The position numbers and the translations under genes were made by a program. A stretch of DNA of 64,000 nucleotides from Candidatus Eiseniibacteriota bacterium. GTDB taxonomy: Bacteria > Eisenbacteria > RBG-16-71-46 > CAIMUX01 > VGJL01. The DNA is taken from NCBI GenBank assembly GCA_963792585.1, contig CAWBWI010000001.1, positions 704,001 through 768,000 of the forward strand. Direction: 5' to 3'. The notes under the pieces were generated by a model, which saw only the letters and a program-made list of their open reading frames with translations, searched no databases and was not told where the DNA came from. This document shows, piece by piece, positions 1 to 10,566 of this stretch. Positions within the stretch are counted from its first letter, which is position 1; each line of letters begins with the position of its first letter.

Positions 1-732
1 GACGAAGAGGAAGTAGAAGGAACGCAGCCCCAGAATGGCGCAGATGTTGGAGCTGAAGACGATGAACGGCTTCTGTGTGATCGCGAGCACTGCCGGGATC
101 GAGTCGAGGGCGAAGACGATGTCGGTCGTCTCGACGGCGATCAGGACCGCCATCATCGGCGTGGCCAGCAGGCGGCCTTCGCGACGGCTGAAGAACCGGG
201 CGCCGTCATAGCTCTTGAGCATCGGCACGGCCCGCCGGAAGAGTCGAAGCATGCGATTCTGCTCGGGATCGACGGCCACCTCGTCGCTGCGCAAGATCTG
301 GATCCCGCCCCAGATCAAGACTGCGCCCAGGACATACACCAGCCAGTGGAACATCTGCAGGAGAACGATACCGCCGAAGATGAAAGCGGCGCGTAGGACG
401 ACGGCTCCGACGATGCCCCAGAAGAGGACGCGGTGTTGATAGGCGGCGGGCACCTTGAAATAGGTGAAGATCAACAGGAATACGAAGATATTGTCGACGC
501 TCAAGGAGAGCTCGATGATGTAGCCCGTCGCGAACTCGAGCGCGGCCTGGCGGCCGTGAACCTCGAGCACCATGACGGCGATGACGACGGCGATGCCGAC
601 CCACACGGCGGACCAGAGTGCCGCCTCGCGCGGGGCGATCGCCCGAGCCTTGCGCTGGATGATCCCGAGATCGATGACGAGTGCGCAGAGGGAGATTGCC
701 GAGAATGCCACCCAAAGGAATGTTTCCGACAC
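1..732 (-). CDS. terC: TerC/Alx family membrane protein (runs off the left edge)
   Basis: Not in the ORF track; manual translation from GTG at 732 (RBS GGAAGGAG): MSETFLWVAF...EFATGYIIELSLSVDNIFVF...QHRVLFWGIVGAVVLR...VETTDIVFALDSIPAVLAIT, the TerC signature motifs. Confidence 0.93.
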   Translation of the reverse strand, partial: MSETFLWVAFSAISLCALVIDLGIIQRKARAIAPREAALWSAVWVGIAVVIAVMVLEVHGRQAALEFATGYIIELSLSVDNIFVFLLIFTYFKVPAAYQHRVLFWGIVGAVVLRAAFIFGGIVLLQMFHWLVYVLGAVLIWGGIQILRSDEVAVDPEQNRMLRLFRRAVPMLKSYDGARFFSRREGRLLATPMMAVLIAVETTDIVFALDSIPAVLAITQKPFIVFSSNICAILGLRSFYFLFV

Positions 733-810
733 GCCGACTCCTTCCGAAACCTGTCAATTCCGTGGGAGGTTATCATGCGCATGGCCGCGCCGAAACCGGG
801 GGGATGGGTG

Positions 811-894
811 TGCCGGAGGTGGGACTTGAACCCACACGAGGTTTCCCTCACGGGATTTTGAGTCCCGCGCGTCTGCCAATTTCACCACTCCGGC
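811..894 (-). tRNA. tRNA-Leu(CAA)
   Basis: Reverse complement GCCGGAGTGGTGAAATTGGCAGACGCGCGGGACTCAAAATCCCGTGAGGGAAACCTCGTGTGGGTTCAAGTCCCACCTCCGGCA; anticodon loop CT-CAA-AA, long variable arm, GTTCAAG T-loop; CCA not encoded. Confidence 0.96.
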
Positions 895-961
895 ACCGTC
901 GGCGGACTGCAGCGTTCAGGATACACACGAAGGCGGGGGGACGGGCAAGAGGCTTTTGACG

Positions 962-991
962 TTGACACCTTCGAGCCGCCGCCGATACGAT
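962..991 (+). promoter_or_regulatory. sigma-70-like promoter for tRNA-Ala
   Basis: TTGACA-N18-TACGAT, 40 nt upstream of the tRNA. Confidence 0.65.
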
Positions 992-1030
992 CGCGAACGG
1001 ATTGATGACCCACGGGTCATGGGTTCCAGC

Positions 1031-1103
1031 GGGGCTGTAGCTCAGTTGGGAGAGCGCTTGACTGGCAGTCAAGAGGTCGACGGTTCGATCCCGTTCAGCT
1101 CCA
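1031..1103 (+). tRNA. tRNA-Ala(GGC)
   Basis: GGGGCTGTAGCTCAGTTGGGAGAGCGCTTGACTGGCAGTCAAGAGGTCGACGGTTCGATCCCGTTCAGCTCCA; anticodon GGC, G3:U70 pair; CCA not encoded. Confidence 0.97.
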
Positions 1104-1109
1104 AGACAT

Positions 1110-1147
1110 GAAGAAGCCGGGGATGTCCGAACGTCCCCGGCTTCTTC
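1110..1147. terminator. Probable bidirectional terminator between tRNA-Ala and clpP
   Basis: GAAGAAGCCGGGGA...TCCCCGGCTTCTTC inverted repeat between convergent genes. Confidence 0.7.
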
Positions 1148-1162
1148 GTGCGCTTCCCGCGC

Positions 1163-1793
1163 CTAGATCTCGTCCCGCCGCGTGATGACCCGATCCACCA
1201 GCCCGTACGCAACCGCCTGAGGAGCCGCCATCCAGAAGTCCCGGTCCGCGTCCTGGGCGACGGTGTCGGCCGGCTTGCCGGTCGCCTCGCTCACGATCCC
1301 GTTGTAGCGATCCCGGAGCCGGATGATCTCGTTCGCCGCGATCTCCAGGTCCGACGCCTGGCCGAAACTGGCCGACGAGGGCTGGTGGAGGAGGTACCGC
1401 GAGTGGGGAAGGCTCAGCCGTTGCCTCCTTCTTCGCCGCAAGGAAGATCAAGATCGCCGCGCTCGCGCATAGCCCCGCGACGATGGTCCGGACGGGGGGG
1501 CGAACGAAGCGCATCATGTCATAGATCCCGAAGCCGGAATCGGCCTCGCCTCCGGGGGAGTTGATCACAACGGTGATCGGCTTCTCGGCGTCGTCCGCCT
1601 CGAGCAACAGCAGGTTCTGGTAGACCCGCTTCGCGAGCTCGGAGGTGATCTCCTCCGAGATCAGGATCGTGCGGGTCTTGAGGAACTTCTCGAGCAGCTT
1701 CGGCTCCTCGTCCTTCTCGGGCGCGGGCTTCTCCTCCTCGGGCTCCTCTTCCTCACCGTCTTCCAGCTGCCAGCGGCGCGTCAATTCCTCCAC
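1163..1793 (-). CDS. clpP: ATP-dependent Clp protease proteolytic subunit (frameshift near 1425)
   Basis: INSPGGE and GLCASAA (catalytic Ser) in ORF 1095..1793; RYLLHQP (His) and DRDFWM (Asp) in ORF 1163..1441. Confidence 0.9.
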
Positions 1794-1863
1794 GTATTCC
1801 TCCCTTTTGGGTGCTGGCCCCTTCGCGGGGCTCCCTATCCATTCGGCGTTTCGCGGAACGGAC

Positions 1864-2323
1864 TCAAGCCGGATTTGGCGCTCCGCCCGGGGTCGAAGCG
1901 GAGCTCAGATCGACCAACCGGATACCGGCAAGCTCTGCGTACCGGAAGATCCGATCATCGGAATAGAACTCTCCATAGTAGATCGTGCGAATGCCCGAGT
2001 TGGCGATCATCTTGAAGCAGTTCCAGCAGGGACTCGCGGTCGTGTAGATCTCTGCCTCGTCGATTCGAACGCCATTCTTGGCTGCCTGCAGGATCGACGT
2101 TGGTCTCCGCGTGGATCGTCGCCACGCAGTGACCGTTCTCCATCATGTGCCCCGCCTCGTCGCAGTGGGGCATCCCCCGGATCGACCCGTTGTACCCGGT
2201 CGACAAGATCGTCCGGTCCCGGACAATGACGGCTCCCACGTTCTTCCGATCGCAGGTCGATCGCGTGGCGACGACGCGCGCGATCCCCATGAAGTACTCG
2301 TGCCAACTGACGCGGTGATCCAT
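1864..2323 (-). CDS. dCMP deaminase / ComEB family (frameshift near 2098)
   Basis: SWHEYFM..RSTC.R..VGAVIV..TGYNG..HAE in the first frame; removing one base gives [22 protein letters not shown] (PCxxC zinc motif) ending TGA at 1864. Confidence 0.9.
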
Positions 2324-2407
2324 GAATCCTCCTGAAGGCGAAGTCTAACACGGCCTACGCGGCCCGGGGGGCGGGGGCTTGGGGCGTTGGCCGTGCCCAG
2401 AAACAGC

Positions 2408-2460
2408 TTGACAACATATCATAACATACTACAAAGTACTGATACGTACACAAAGGAGGT
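2408..2460 (+). promoter_or_regulatory. AT-rich promoter region and RBS of the HTH-DUF2087 gene
   Basis: TTGACA at 2408, AT-rich tract with ACATA repeats, AAAGGAGGT at 2452-2460; -10 box ambiguous. Confidence 0.5.
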
Positions 2461-2467
2461 GAATCCT

Positions 2468-3019
2468 ATGGACGCGTCCCTTCGGGAGACCAACTTCCTG
2501 ACGGCCGCCGAAGTCGCAGCGATCCTGAAGCTGAATCACCAGGTTCTGCTTCGCAAGCTCCAGTCGGGAGAGATCCCCGCCTACAAGATCGGCAAGGACT
2601 GGCGGATCGATGAAACGGAGCTCAAAAGCTGGCTCGACTCGGTCTCGAATCGCCATGCGCCGGTCAAGGGCACCGAGGCCGAGGAAGCCACGATCCGCCG
2701 CAATTTCTTCGACGGCAACCGGCTCAAGACGATCCCCGCCCGTCGGTCGAAGCGGGAAGTGATCCTCAAGATCCTCGCGCTCCGGTTCGAACCGGGACGC
2801 ACCTATCGCGAGACCGAGGTGAACGAGATCCTCAAATCCGCGCACCCCGACTTCTGCACCCTGCGGCGGGAGCTGGTCATGGCCCGTCTCCTGACTCGGG
2901 AGCGGGGGATCTATCGACGAGGAACCGCAGCCGAAGTGGATTCGGCGCGGGAGGCGCTGGAGCCTCGTTCCGCCGATAGCGCGCCAGGTGCACGGAGCGC
3001 CCCTCGCGCGCGTACTTGA
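2468..3019 (+). CDS. Excisionase-like HTH (HTH_17) plus DUF2087 domain protein
   Basis: FLTAAEVAAILKL..GEIPAYKIGKDWRI (HTH_17); FFDGNRLKTIPARRSKR..Y.E.EVN..L..HPDFCTLRRELV..LL.R (DUF2087); strong RBS. Confidence 0.8.
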   Translation: MDASLRETNFLTAAEVAAILKLNHQVLLRKLQSGEIPAYKIGKDWRIDETELKSWLDSVSNRHAPVKGTEAEEATIRRNFFDGNRLKTIPARRSKREVILKILALRFEPGRTYRETEVNEILKSAHPDFCTLRRELVMARLLTRERGIYRRGTAAEVDSAREALEPRSADSAPGARSAPRART

Positions 3020-3572
3020 GCGCGTAGTTCGTGGCGATCGACTCGAGCGCCCCCGCAGGGAGCTCCATGCGCTCGAAGCAAGAGTGCGCATCGAGGCTCT
3101 CCGTCGCGGACAGAAAGTACGGGGTCACGTCGGTGGCGATCGAGAGCAAACCGTTCGTGGCGATCACGCGCGCGCCGAGGTCGAAGAGGGGAGGGGAGAG
3201 CATCCGCCGCTTCGCGTGCCGCTTCTTCGGCCACGGATCCGGAAAGTAGACGTGCAGGACACCGAGGCTGCCCACCGGTATCCAGCGGGACAGGAGATCG
3301 AACGCATCGGCCCGCGTGAGCAACACGTTCGGCCGGCCGTCTCTCTGGACCCTCGCGACGGCCATCTCGAAGAACTTCCCGGCGCGCTCGACCCCCAGGA
3401 ACCCGACCCCGGGTCGGGCGGCCGCCTCCCGGCGCAGGAACATCCCCTTGCCGGATCCCAGCTCCACCTCGACGGAGTCGACCGGCACCGGGAAGACGTC
3501 GCTCCAGATGAGCGGCGGTACGCGGTCCCGAAGATCGAGCACCCATCGATTGGAGACCTGATTCTCCACCAT
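2877..3572 (-). CDS. trmB: tRNA (guanine-N7)-methyltransferase
   Basis: VELGSGKG SAM motif, FLGVE, YFPDPWPKKRHAKRR, IATD, TNY motifs. Confidence 0.92.
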   Translation of the reverse strand: MVENQVSNRWVLDLRDRVPPLIWSDVFPVPVDSVEVELGSGKGMFLRREAAARPGVGFLGVERAGKFFEMAVARVQRDGRPNVLLTRADAFDLLSRWIPVGSLGVLHVYFPDPWPKKRHAKRRMLSPPLFDLGARVIATNGLLSIATDVTPYFLSATESLDAHSCFERMELPAGALESIATNYALKYAREGRSVHLARYRRNEAPAPPAPNPLRLRFLVDRSPAPESGDGP

Positions 3573-3586
3573 CCGGTGTGATCCGC

Positions 3587-4630
3587 CTAGACGGCGACGC
3601 CGAGCTGGGCGAGAAGCGCCTGGGCCGCGGCCATGAAGGCGCGGCCGGGCACGGAATCGGGGGACTGCGCCACGATCGGGTTCCCCAGGTCGCCTCCGAT
3701 CGGAATCCGCGGATCGATGGGGATCTCTCCGAGCAGCGGCACACCCAGGCGATCCGCTTCCCGGCGGCCGCCCCCCGCGCGGAAGATCTCGGTGGTTTCT
3801 CCGCAGTGAGGACAGAGGAACGCGCTCATGTTCTCGATGATCCCGAGGATCGGCACTTTCACCTTCTCGAACATCGCAACGCCCTTCGCCGCGTCGATCA
3901 ACGCCACATCCTGCGGAGTGGTCACGATCACCGCGCCCGACAGGGCCACCCGCTGCGCGATCGAGATCTGGATGTCGCCCGTGCCCGGCGGCAGATCCAT
4001 CACCATGATCTGCGTGGCCTCCCACTCGACGTCGGTCATCATCTGATCGAGCGCTTTCCCGACCATCGGTCCCCGCCAGATCACCGGCGTGTTCCGGTCG
4101 ATCAGGTATCCGATCGACATCGATCGAACGTCGTACCGGGAAAGGGGGACGAGCTTCTCGTTGCGGACGAGCGGCTGCTCGTTCTCCATCCCGAGCATCA
4201 GCGGAACGCTGGGACCGTAGATGTCGCAGTCGAGCAGTCCGACCTTCCCGCCCAGACGGGCGAGCGCGAGCGCCAGATTGACGGCGACGGTCGATTTGCC
4301 GACCCCTCCCTTGCCGCTCGCGATGGCGATCTTGTATGGGATGTCGGCGAGGAGGGTCACGGGGGCCGGCGGGGTCTCGGGCCGGGCCTGGGGGGCGCGC
4401 ACCCGCATCTCGATCTCGACCGGGAAATCGAGCGTTCCCAGGGCCGCGCGGGCGTCCCGTTCGATGGCCGCGCCCGCCTCGGGCTGGTTCGTCGACATCT
4501 CGATGCGAACGACGGCCCCGCCATCCGCCTCGCGGACGTCCTTCACGTAGCCCAGCGCGACGATGTCCCGATCGATCCCGGGGAATCGAACTCCACGCAG
4601 CGCCTCCAGGATCCTCTCGGCCTGACTCAT
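3587..4630 (-). CDS. mrp: Mrp/ApbC/NBP35 family Fe-S cluster carrier ATPase
   Basis: [44 protein letters not shown] at 4630 after GGAGGA. Confidence 0.93.
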   Translation of the reverse strand: MSQAERILEALRGVRFPGIDRDIVALGYVKDVREADGGAVVRIEMSTNQPEAGAAIERDARAALGTLDFPVEIEMRVRAPQARPETPPAPVTLLADIPYKIAIASGKGGVGKSTVAVNLALALARLGGKVGLLDCDIYGPSVPLMLGMENEQPLVRNEKLVPLSRYDVRSMSIGYLIDRNTPVIWRGPMVGKALDQMMTDVEWEATQIMVMDLPPGTGDIQISIAQRVALSGAVIVTTPQDVALIDAAKGVAMFEKVKVPILGIIENMSAFLCPHCGETTEIFRAGGGRREADRLGVPLLGEIPIDPRIPIGGDLGNPIVAQSPDSVPGRAFMAAAQALLAQLGVAV

Positions 4631-5009
4631 TCGTCCTCCTTCAACGCACAAACAGAAACGGTGCGACCGATCTCGGCCGCGAACCCCGCAGTATAGCCGC
4701 CCTGATCGCATGCCGAAAAGCAGAGTGATGCCGTCGGACGCGCGCCCTTCTTGCCAGGAAACTGCTGCGGTGCTATACCATCGGTCGGAGAGGACGGGGC
4801 CTCGGGAGGCCCCTGTGGAAGGGAGTGTGGAGAGTGGTCGGGCCTCTGGCCGCCCCTGATGTCCGCCCGGACGCGGCGTCCTCCGCCGCGTCGGTGATCT
4901 CGTACCCGCAACCCTCCCCCCGTCCGGCACCGATTCGGCCGCGCCTCCTGCTAGCCATGCCGCGGCCCGCGCGCAGCCCATCCACCCGCCCCGAAGGAGG
5001 ATTCGCTCG

Positions 5010-7277
5010 ATGAGTCTCAAAGAAGATTCCCTGCTCTACCACTCCGGAAGCCGGCCGGGAAAGATCGAGGTCGTCTCGACGAAACCGTGCGTTACGCAGC
5101 GCGACCTATCGCTGGCCTATACGCCCGGAGTCGCCGACCCGTGCCTCGAGATCGCGAAGAACCCCGAGGACGCCTACAAGTACACGACCCGCGGCAATCT
5201 CGTCGCCGTCGTCAGCAATGGAACGGCGGTCCTGGGCCTCGGCAATATCGGCGCCCTCGCCGGCAAGCCCGTGATGGAGGGCAAGGGGGTCCTCTTCAAG
5301 AGATTCGCGGATATCGATGTCTTCGACATCGAGGTGGCTACCGAGAATCCGGAGGAGGTCATCAAGGTCTGTCAACTTCTCGAACCGACGTTCGGCGGGA
5401 TCAACCTGGAGGACATCAAGGCGCCTGAGTGCTTCTACATCGAGGAGACCCTGAAGAAGACGATGGGTATCCCGGTCTTCCACGACGACCAGCACGGAAC
5501 GGCGATCATCTCCGGCGCGGCATTGCTGAACTCCCTCGAGGTGACGGGCAAGAAGATCGAGGAGCTCCGCGTGGTGGTGAGCGGGGCCGGCGCCTCGGGA
5601 ATCGCCTGCTCCAAGTTCTACGTTTCGCTCGGGGTGAAGCGTGAGAACCTGATCATGCTCGACACCAAGGGGGTGATCTACAAGGGGCGGACCGAGGGGA
5701 TGAACCCTTACAAGGAGCAGTTCGCCCGGGACACGAAGTGTCGCACGCTCGCCGACGCGCTCAAGGACGCCGACCTCTTCCTCGGTCTTTCCGGCCCCAA
5801 TCTACTGAAGCCCGAGTGGCTCAAGACTATGGCGAAGGATCCGGTGGTCTTCGCGATGGCGAATCCCAACCCCGAGATCACCTATCCGGAGGCGGTCGCC
5901 GCGCGAAAAGACGTGATCATGGCCACGGGACGCAGCGACTATCCGAACCAGGTGAACAACGTCCTCGGCTTCCCCTTCATCTTCCGGGGCGCGCTCGACT
6001 GCCGCGCCACGACCATCAACGAAGAGATGAAGCGGGCCGCGGCCCACGCCCTTGCGTCTCTGGCGAAAGAAGATGTGCCCGACAAGGTGTCGCGCGCCTA
6101 TGAAGATCAACACTTCACGTTCGGCCGCGAGTACTTGATCCCAAAGCCCTTCGACCACCGTGTTCTCCTCTGGGAGGCGGCGGCAGTGGCGCGGGCCGCG
6201 ATGGAAACCGGCGTCGCGCAGCACCCGCTCGATCTCGAGGAGTACAAGTACAGGCTCGAGCGCCTGCTCGGTCGCAGCCGGGGTCTCATGCGCAGCATCA
6301 TCAACAGAGCGCGCCGGACTCCGAAGCGGATCGTCTATGCCGAGGGGGAGAACGAGCGGATCATCCGCGCCACGGTCATGGTGCGGGAAGAGCGCCTCGC
6401 AAAGCCCATCCTCCTGGGCCGCACCTCGCAGATCAAGGCGATATGCCAGAAACTCTCCCTCGACCTCGGCCAGACCGAGATCGTCGATATCGAGCACGAC
6501 TCGCGCCTCGATTCCTATGTGGACGAGTACTACAAGCTCCGACACCGGAAGGGGATCACGATCGAAGGGGCCAGAAACGCGATGACGAACCCCAACGTCT
6601 TCGCCTCGATGATGGTTCACATGGGGGACGCCGACGGTCTCGTTTCCGGGATTGCCCATCGGTATCCCGACACGATTCGCCCCGCGCTCCAGATCATCAA
6701 GATGCGGGATGGGGTCCACAAGGTTGCGGGCATGGAAGTGATCGTGGTGAGGAATCGGGTCTTCTTCTTCGCGGACCCAGTGGTGAACATCAATCCAACC
6801 GCCGTCGAGCTTGCGGAGATCGCCCTCATGGCCGCAGAAGTGGCGCGCGAGTTCGGTTTCGAACCGCGGGTCGCGCTGCTCTCCTATTCGAACTTCGGGA
6901 CGAGCAATGACGCGAACACGGCGAAACTGCAGGAGGCGCTGCGCATCCTGCGTGAGAAGGCTCCGGACCTCATCGCCGACGGCGAGATGCAGGCCGACAC
7001 GGCGGTCACGCCCGGAATCATCGACCGGCTCTTCCCGTTCAGCCCGTTGAAGGGGGAGGAGGCGAACGTCCTGATCTTCCCGGATCTCGACGCTGCGAAC
7101 ATCTCCTACAAGCTCCTACAGCGTATCGGCGGGGCGGAGGTCATCGGACCGATCCTGATGGGGATGTCGAAACCGGTGCAGCTCCTTCAGCCGCAATCGG
7201 AAGACAACGACATCGTCAACGCGACGGCGATCGCCGTCGCGGAGAGCGCCCTCGGCGACCGGGGATCTCTCATGTAG
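5010..7277 (+). CDS. maeB: NADP-dependent malic enzyme with phosphotransacetylase-like C-terminal domain
   Basis: [51 protein letters not shown]-terminal [16 protein letters not shown]; 755 aa. Confidence 0.96.
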   Translation: MSLKEDSLLYHSGSRPGKIEVVSTKPCVTQRDLSLAYTPGVADPCLEIAKNPEDAYKYTTRGNLVAVVSNGTAVLGLGNIGALAGKPVMEGKGVLFKRFADIDVFDIEVATENPEEVIKVCQLLEPTFGGINLEDIKAPECFYIEETLKKTMGIPVFHDDQHGTAIISGAALLNSLEVTGKKIEELRVVVSGAGASGIACSKFYVSLGVKRENLIMLDTKGVIYKGRTEGMNPYKEQFARDTKCRTLADALKDADLFLGLSGPNLLKPEWLKTMAKDPVVFAMANPNPEITYPEAVAARKDVIMATGRSDYPNQVNNVLGFPFIFRGALDCRATTINEEMKRAAAHALASLAKEDVPDKVSRAYEDQHFTFGREYLIPKPFDHRVLLWEAAAVARAAMETGVAQHPLDLEEYKYRLERLLGRSRGLMRSIINRARRTPKRIVYAEGENERIIRATVMVREERLAKPILLGRTSQIKAICQKLSLDLGQTEIVDIEHDSRLDSYVDEYYKLRHRKGITIEGARNAMTNPNVFASMMVHMGDADGLVSGIAHRYPDTIRPALQIIKMRDGVHKVAGMEVIVVRNRVFFFADPVVNINPTAVELAEIALMAAEVAREFGFEPRVALLSYSNFGTSNDANTAKLQEALRILREKAPDLIADGEMQADTAVTPGIIDRLFPFSPLKGEEANVLIFPDLDAANISYKLLQRIGGAEVIGPILMGMSKPVQLLQPQSEDNDIVNATAIAVAESALGDRGSLM

Positions 7278-7345
7278 GAGAGCGGACGTTGCACTGTGTG
7301 TGAGCGGGCGGTCCTGCACGACAACGTGGGGGACCGCTCGCCGTA

Positions 7346-8326
7346 TCAGGCCCGCGGGAACTCGGGCGAGCCGCCGGGCCGCCGAGCGATGGCGAGCTTC
7401 GCGTCCTCGGCGTATTCGGGGGGCACGCAGACGCGAACCTCGCCGAGCCCGTCCATCGTGAGGCCCATGACGGGGCCCGCGCTCTCGTAATCGAGATCGA
7501 CCGGGAAACCTTCTGCCTCGAGGTATCCCTTGACGATCTCCGCCTCCGCCATGCCCGATGCCCTGTAGACGACTTCCATGCCTTCCATCGCCGTTCCTTC
7601 CACCTCGAGGAGTGCCTCGAGGAAACGCCGCCGCGCCGCTGCGGCGTGCGGGTTGCGTCTCTCGATGTCGATGAACAGCTGGAGCGAATCCCCCGTGACA
7701 TATCGGAGGATCTCGAGGAGTCGCGTGTACCCGGTCGTTGCGAGGGGACGGGGGGATGCCCCGAGCCGCTCGAGCGCACGCCCGATCCACATCACGAGCG
7801 CCTGCGTCTCCGCGATCTCCCGGTCGTGCGCATCCGGCGTCATCACGATCGTTTCGAGCCCCAGACGCTCGAGGAATCGACGGGTGAGGCGGGGCCTCCC
7901 CCCGCGCAGCGGGCAGATGACGATCGTGTGGCCCACGAGCCCGCCTGACGCGCTGTCGGGGCCGAATAGGGGATGCGTGGCCATGCAGTCGATTTCCGCG
8001 GGAACCTCCTCGAGGAGGATGGCCGCCGGCTCCACCTTCACGCTGCAGGTGTCGATCACGACGGTCGGGGGACGAAGGTGGGGCGCGAGATCACGCACGC
8101 ACTCTCGCAGCCGACCGATGGGGGGCGAGAGAACCACGTGGCGCGCACGGGCAGCTTGGCGGTGCGAGACCAACTCCACGTCAAGCTCCGTGGCATCCGC
8201 GCGCACGTCGCGGGCATCGCAGACGACTGTTTTCCCGTGATTGCGCAGGGTGGCGGCCGCGAGACGTCCGAAGCGTCCCAGGCCGACCACGGCGAACTCG
8301 GGTCGACTCAGCTCTGCCGTACCCAC
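7346..8326 (-). CDS. Prephenate/arogenate dehydrogenase (TyrA family) in frame with a C-terminal DUF2007-like domain
   Basis: VVGLGRFG Rossmann motif, DTCSVK, THPLFGP, HDREIA; tail VVYRASGMAEAEIVKGYLEAEG..GEVRVCVP; start inferred at GTG 8326. Confidence 0.75.
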   Translation of the reverse strand: MGTAELSRPEFAVVGLGRFGRLAAATLRNHGKTVVCDARDVRADATELDVELVSHRQAARARHVVLSPPIGRLRECVRDLAPHLRPPTVVIDTCSVKVEPAAILLEEVPAEIDCMATHPLFGPDSASGGLVGHTIVICPLRGGRPRLTRRFLERLGLETIVMTPDAHDREIAETQALVMWIGRALERLGASPRPLATTGYTRLLEILRYVTGDSLQLFIDIERRNPHAAAARRRFLEALLEVEGTAMEGMEVVYRASGMAEAEIVKGYLEAEGFPVDLDYESAGPVMGLTMDGLGEVRVCVPPEYAEDAKLAIARRPGGSPEFPRA

Positions 8327-9570
8327 CGCAGGATCTCCGGCAGGGTCGCCCGCTTGCCGTACATCAGGATCCCCACCCGGAAGATGCGGGCCGCCACGGC
8401 CGCGAACCCGATGATCGACAGCACCAGAATTCCCAGCGAGGTGGCGATTTGCCAGACAGGGGGCGTGTGGAGGTTGATGCGGACCAGCATGATGATCGGG
8501 GAGAAGAAGGGGATCATCGAGTAGACGACGCTCATCGTGCCATCCGGATCGCGCAGGACCTGCATCATCAGGATGATCGGTATGACGATCAACATCGTGA
8601 CCGGCCACTGCATCTGCTGAGCCTCCTGGTCCGTGGTGACCATCGCTCCGACGGCCGCATAGATTGCCGCGTAGAGCAGGAAGCCGAGCACGAAGTAGAT
8701 CACGAAGAAGCCGATGGTCAGGGGCGCCAGGGCGGCTACGTCGGCGAGGGCGGGAGTGGTGGCCTTGAGGTACGCGGCCCCGCCGATGGCGACCACCGCC
8801 CAGACCGCGTACTGGGTCAGGCCGACGCCGCCGACGCCGAGAATCTTGCCGAGCATCAGCTGGAAGGGCTTCGTAGTGGACAGAAGGATCTCCACGATGC
8901 GGGAGGTCTTGTCCTCGAGGACGCTCCGCTGCACCGCCATGCCGTAGAGCAGGACGGTCATGTAGATGATCATCGCGAAGACATAGGAGGTGATGAAGTC
9001 AGACTCGATCCCTCCCTCGCGCGCCCCCTCCTCGGTCAGCTTGAAGAGCTTGAAGGAGACCGCCTTGGAAATCGCCTTGGTCTCGTCGACCGAGATCCCG
9101 CGCACTTCGAGACGGCTCATCATGGCGGCACGCGACAGAGCGTCCCGAAAGCGACCCAGCATCTCCATGTCGCTCGCCCCCCGCGCGAAGACCTCCGCCG
9201 TACCGCCCTCGAGCGCGTCGGCCGGAATCCACAGAAGTCCCGTGTAGCTTCCCGCCAGCACTTGTTTCTGGAGCTCCTCGCGCGACCGGGCCACGCCTGC
9301 GTCCATCGGTTGCTGCCACTCGAACGTGAACCTGCGACTGCCGTCGGGCATCGTGTCGGGGAGGACACTCTCGAGCTTTCCCCCGAGGACTCCGGTCCCG
9401 TCGACCGCCAGCATGTGCATCGGCCGGCCGGTCGAGCGGGACGCCAGCCAGATCGGGACGAACGTCACCCCGAGCATGAAGACCGGAACCAGGATCGTGC
9501 TGATGAGGAAGGAGCGTTGCCGGACGCGCTCGAAGTACTCGCGCTTGAGAATGGTTCCCGTGCTGTTCAT
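8308..9570 (-). CDS. ABC-2 type exporter permease (NatB-like)
   Basis: KREYFERVR N-terminus, EDKTSRIVEILLS, GKILG, multiple TM helices. Confidence 0.9.
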   Translation of the reverse strand: MNSTGTILKREYFERVRQRSFLISTILVPVFMLGVTFVPIWLASRSTGRPMHMLAVDGTGVLGGKLESVLPDTMPDGSRRFTFEWQQPMDAGVARSREELQKQVLAGSYTGLLWIPADALEGGTAEVFARGASDMEMLGRFRDALSRAAMMSRLEVRGISVDETKAISKAVSFKLFKLTEEGAREGGIESDFITSYVFAMIIYMTVLLYGMAVQRSVLEDKTSRIVEILLSTTKPFQLMLGKILGVGGVGLTQYAVWAVVAIGGAAYLKATTPALADVAALAPLTIGFFVIYFVLGFLLYAAIYAAVGAMVTTDQEAQQMQWPVTMLIVIPIILMMQVLRDPDGTMSVVYSMIPFFSPIIMLVRINLHTPPVWQIATSLGILVLSIIGFAAVAARIFRVGILMYGKRATLPEILRWVRQS

Positions 9571-10466
9571 CGCGTTCCCTCCACCAGGCGGATGAATATC
9601 TCCTCGAGCGACGCCTCGCTCGTGTCGAAGCGACGGACTTCCACGGCATCGACGAGCCGGCGCAGGAGCACGCCGGCATCCTCGGGTCGACGCAAACGCA
9701 TCTCGGCGTAACGACCGTGGTCATCGAGCTTCTCCAGGAGGTCGAGGATCCCCTCGCGGGGAAGCTGCCCCGCGTATTCCACTTTCACCGTGCCCGTGCC
9801 GTGCTCCTGGCGGATCTTGTCCAGCGGACCCTGGATCACCACGCGTCCCTGGTGGATCAGGCAGATCCGATCGCAGCTCTTCTCCACCTGATCCATCTGG
9901 TGTGTGGAGAAGATCACGGTGGCCCCCCGGTCGCGCATCTCGAGCATCACGTCCTTCATCAGACGGGAATTGACGGGATCGAGCCCGGAGAAGGGTTCGT
10001 CGAGAATGATGAGGGCGGGGTCGTGCAAGATCGTTCCGATGAACTGAACCTTCTGCTGCATTCCCTTCGACAGCTCCTGAACCTTGCGTTTCGACCACTC
10101 GGGAACCTCGAACCTCTCGAGCCATGCGCGCGCGCGCCGGCGCGCTTCCGTCGCGGCGAGCCCGTGCAGTTCTCCGAAGAACACGAGGTGATCCTCGACC
10201 CGCATGCCTCTGTAGAGTCCTCGCTCCTCGGGCAGGAAGCCGATACGCATCATGCCCGCCTCGTCCAGTTCTCGGCCGAGGACGGTGATCGTTCCTTCGT
10301 CCGGGAGCAGGATCTTGAGGATCATGCGGATCGTCGTGGTCTTGCCGGACCCGTTGGGCCCCAGAAGCCCGAATATGGAACCCTCGGGCACATCGAAGCT
10401 CAGCCGATCGACCGCCCGTTGGGAAGCGAAGGTCTTCGAGACCTCCCGGATCGATATTGCATTCAT
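9567..10466 (-). CDS. ABC exporter ATP-binding subunit (NatA-like)
   Basis: GPNGSGKTT, LSKGMQQKV, ILDEPFSGLDP, SLEEIF tail. Confidence 0.93.
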   Translation of the reverse strand: MNAISIREVSKTFASQRAVDRLSFDVPEGSIFGLLGPNGSGKTTTIRMILKILLPDEGTITVLGRELDEAGMMRIGFLPEERGLYRGMRVEDHLVFFGELHGLAATEARRRARAWLERFEVPEWSKRKVQELSKGMQQKVQFIGTILHDPALIILDEPFSGLDPVNSRLMKDVMLEMRDRGATVIFSTHQMDQVEKSCDRICLIHQGRVVIQGPLDKIRQEHGTGTVKVEYAGQLPREGILDLLEKLDDHGRYAEMRLRRPEDAGVLLRRLVDAVEVRRFDTSEASLEEIFIRLVEGTR

Positions 10467-10566
10467 GCGCGCCCCTCCGTTTCCGCGGGATGATACGCAG
10501 TCGCCCAGCGCGACGCCACGCCGGATCCGCCGATGCTATACTGCGGCTCGAGCGAGAGGAGCGGAA

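Noticed and set aside
733..810. Possible yybP-ykoY Mn riboswitch upstream of terC
   Set aside because: Only 78 nt separate tRNA-Leu from the start codon and no riboswitch core is recognisable
811..3019. Integrated element at the tRNAs suggested by the excisionase-like HTH
   Set aside because: No integrase, no duplicated tRNA 3' end seen, and flanking genes are housekeeping
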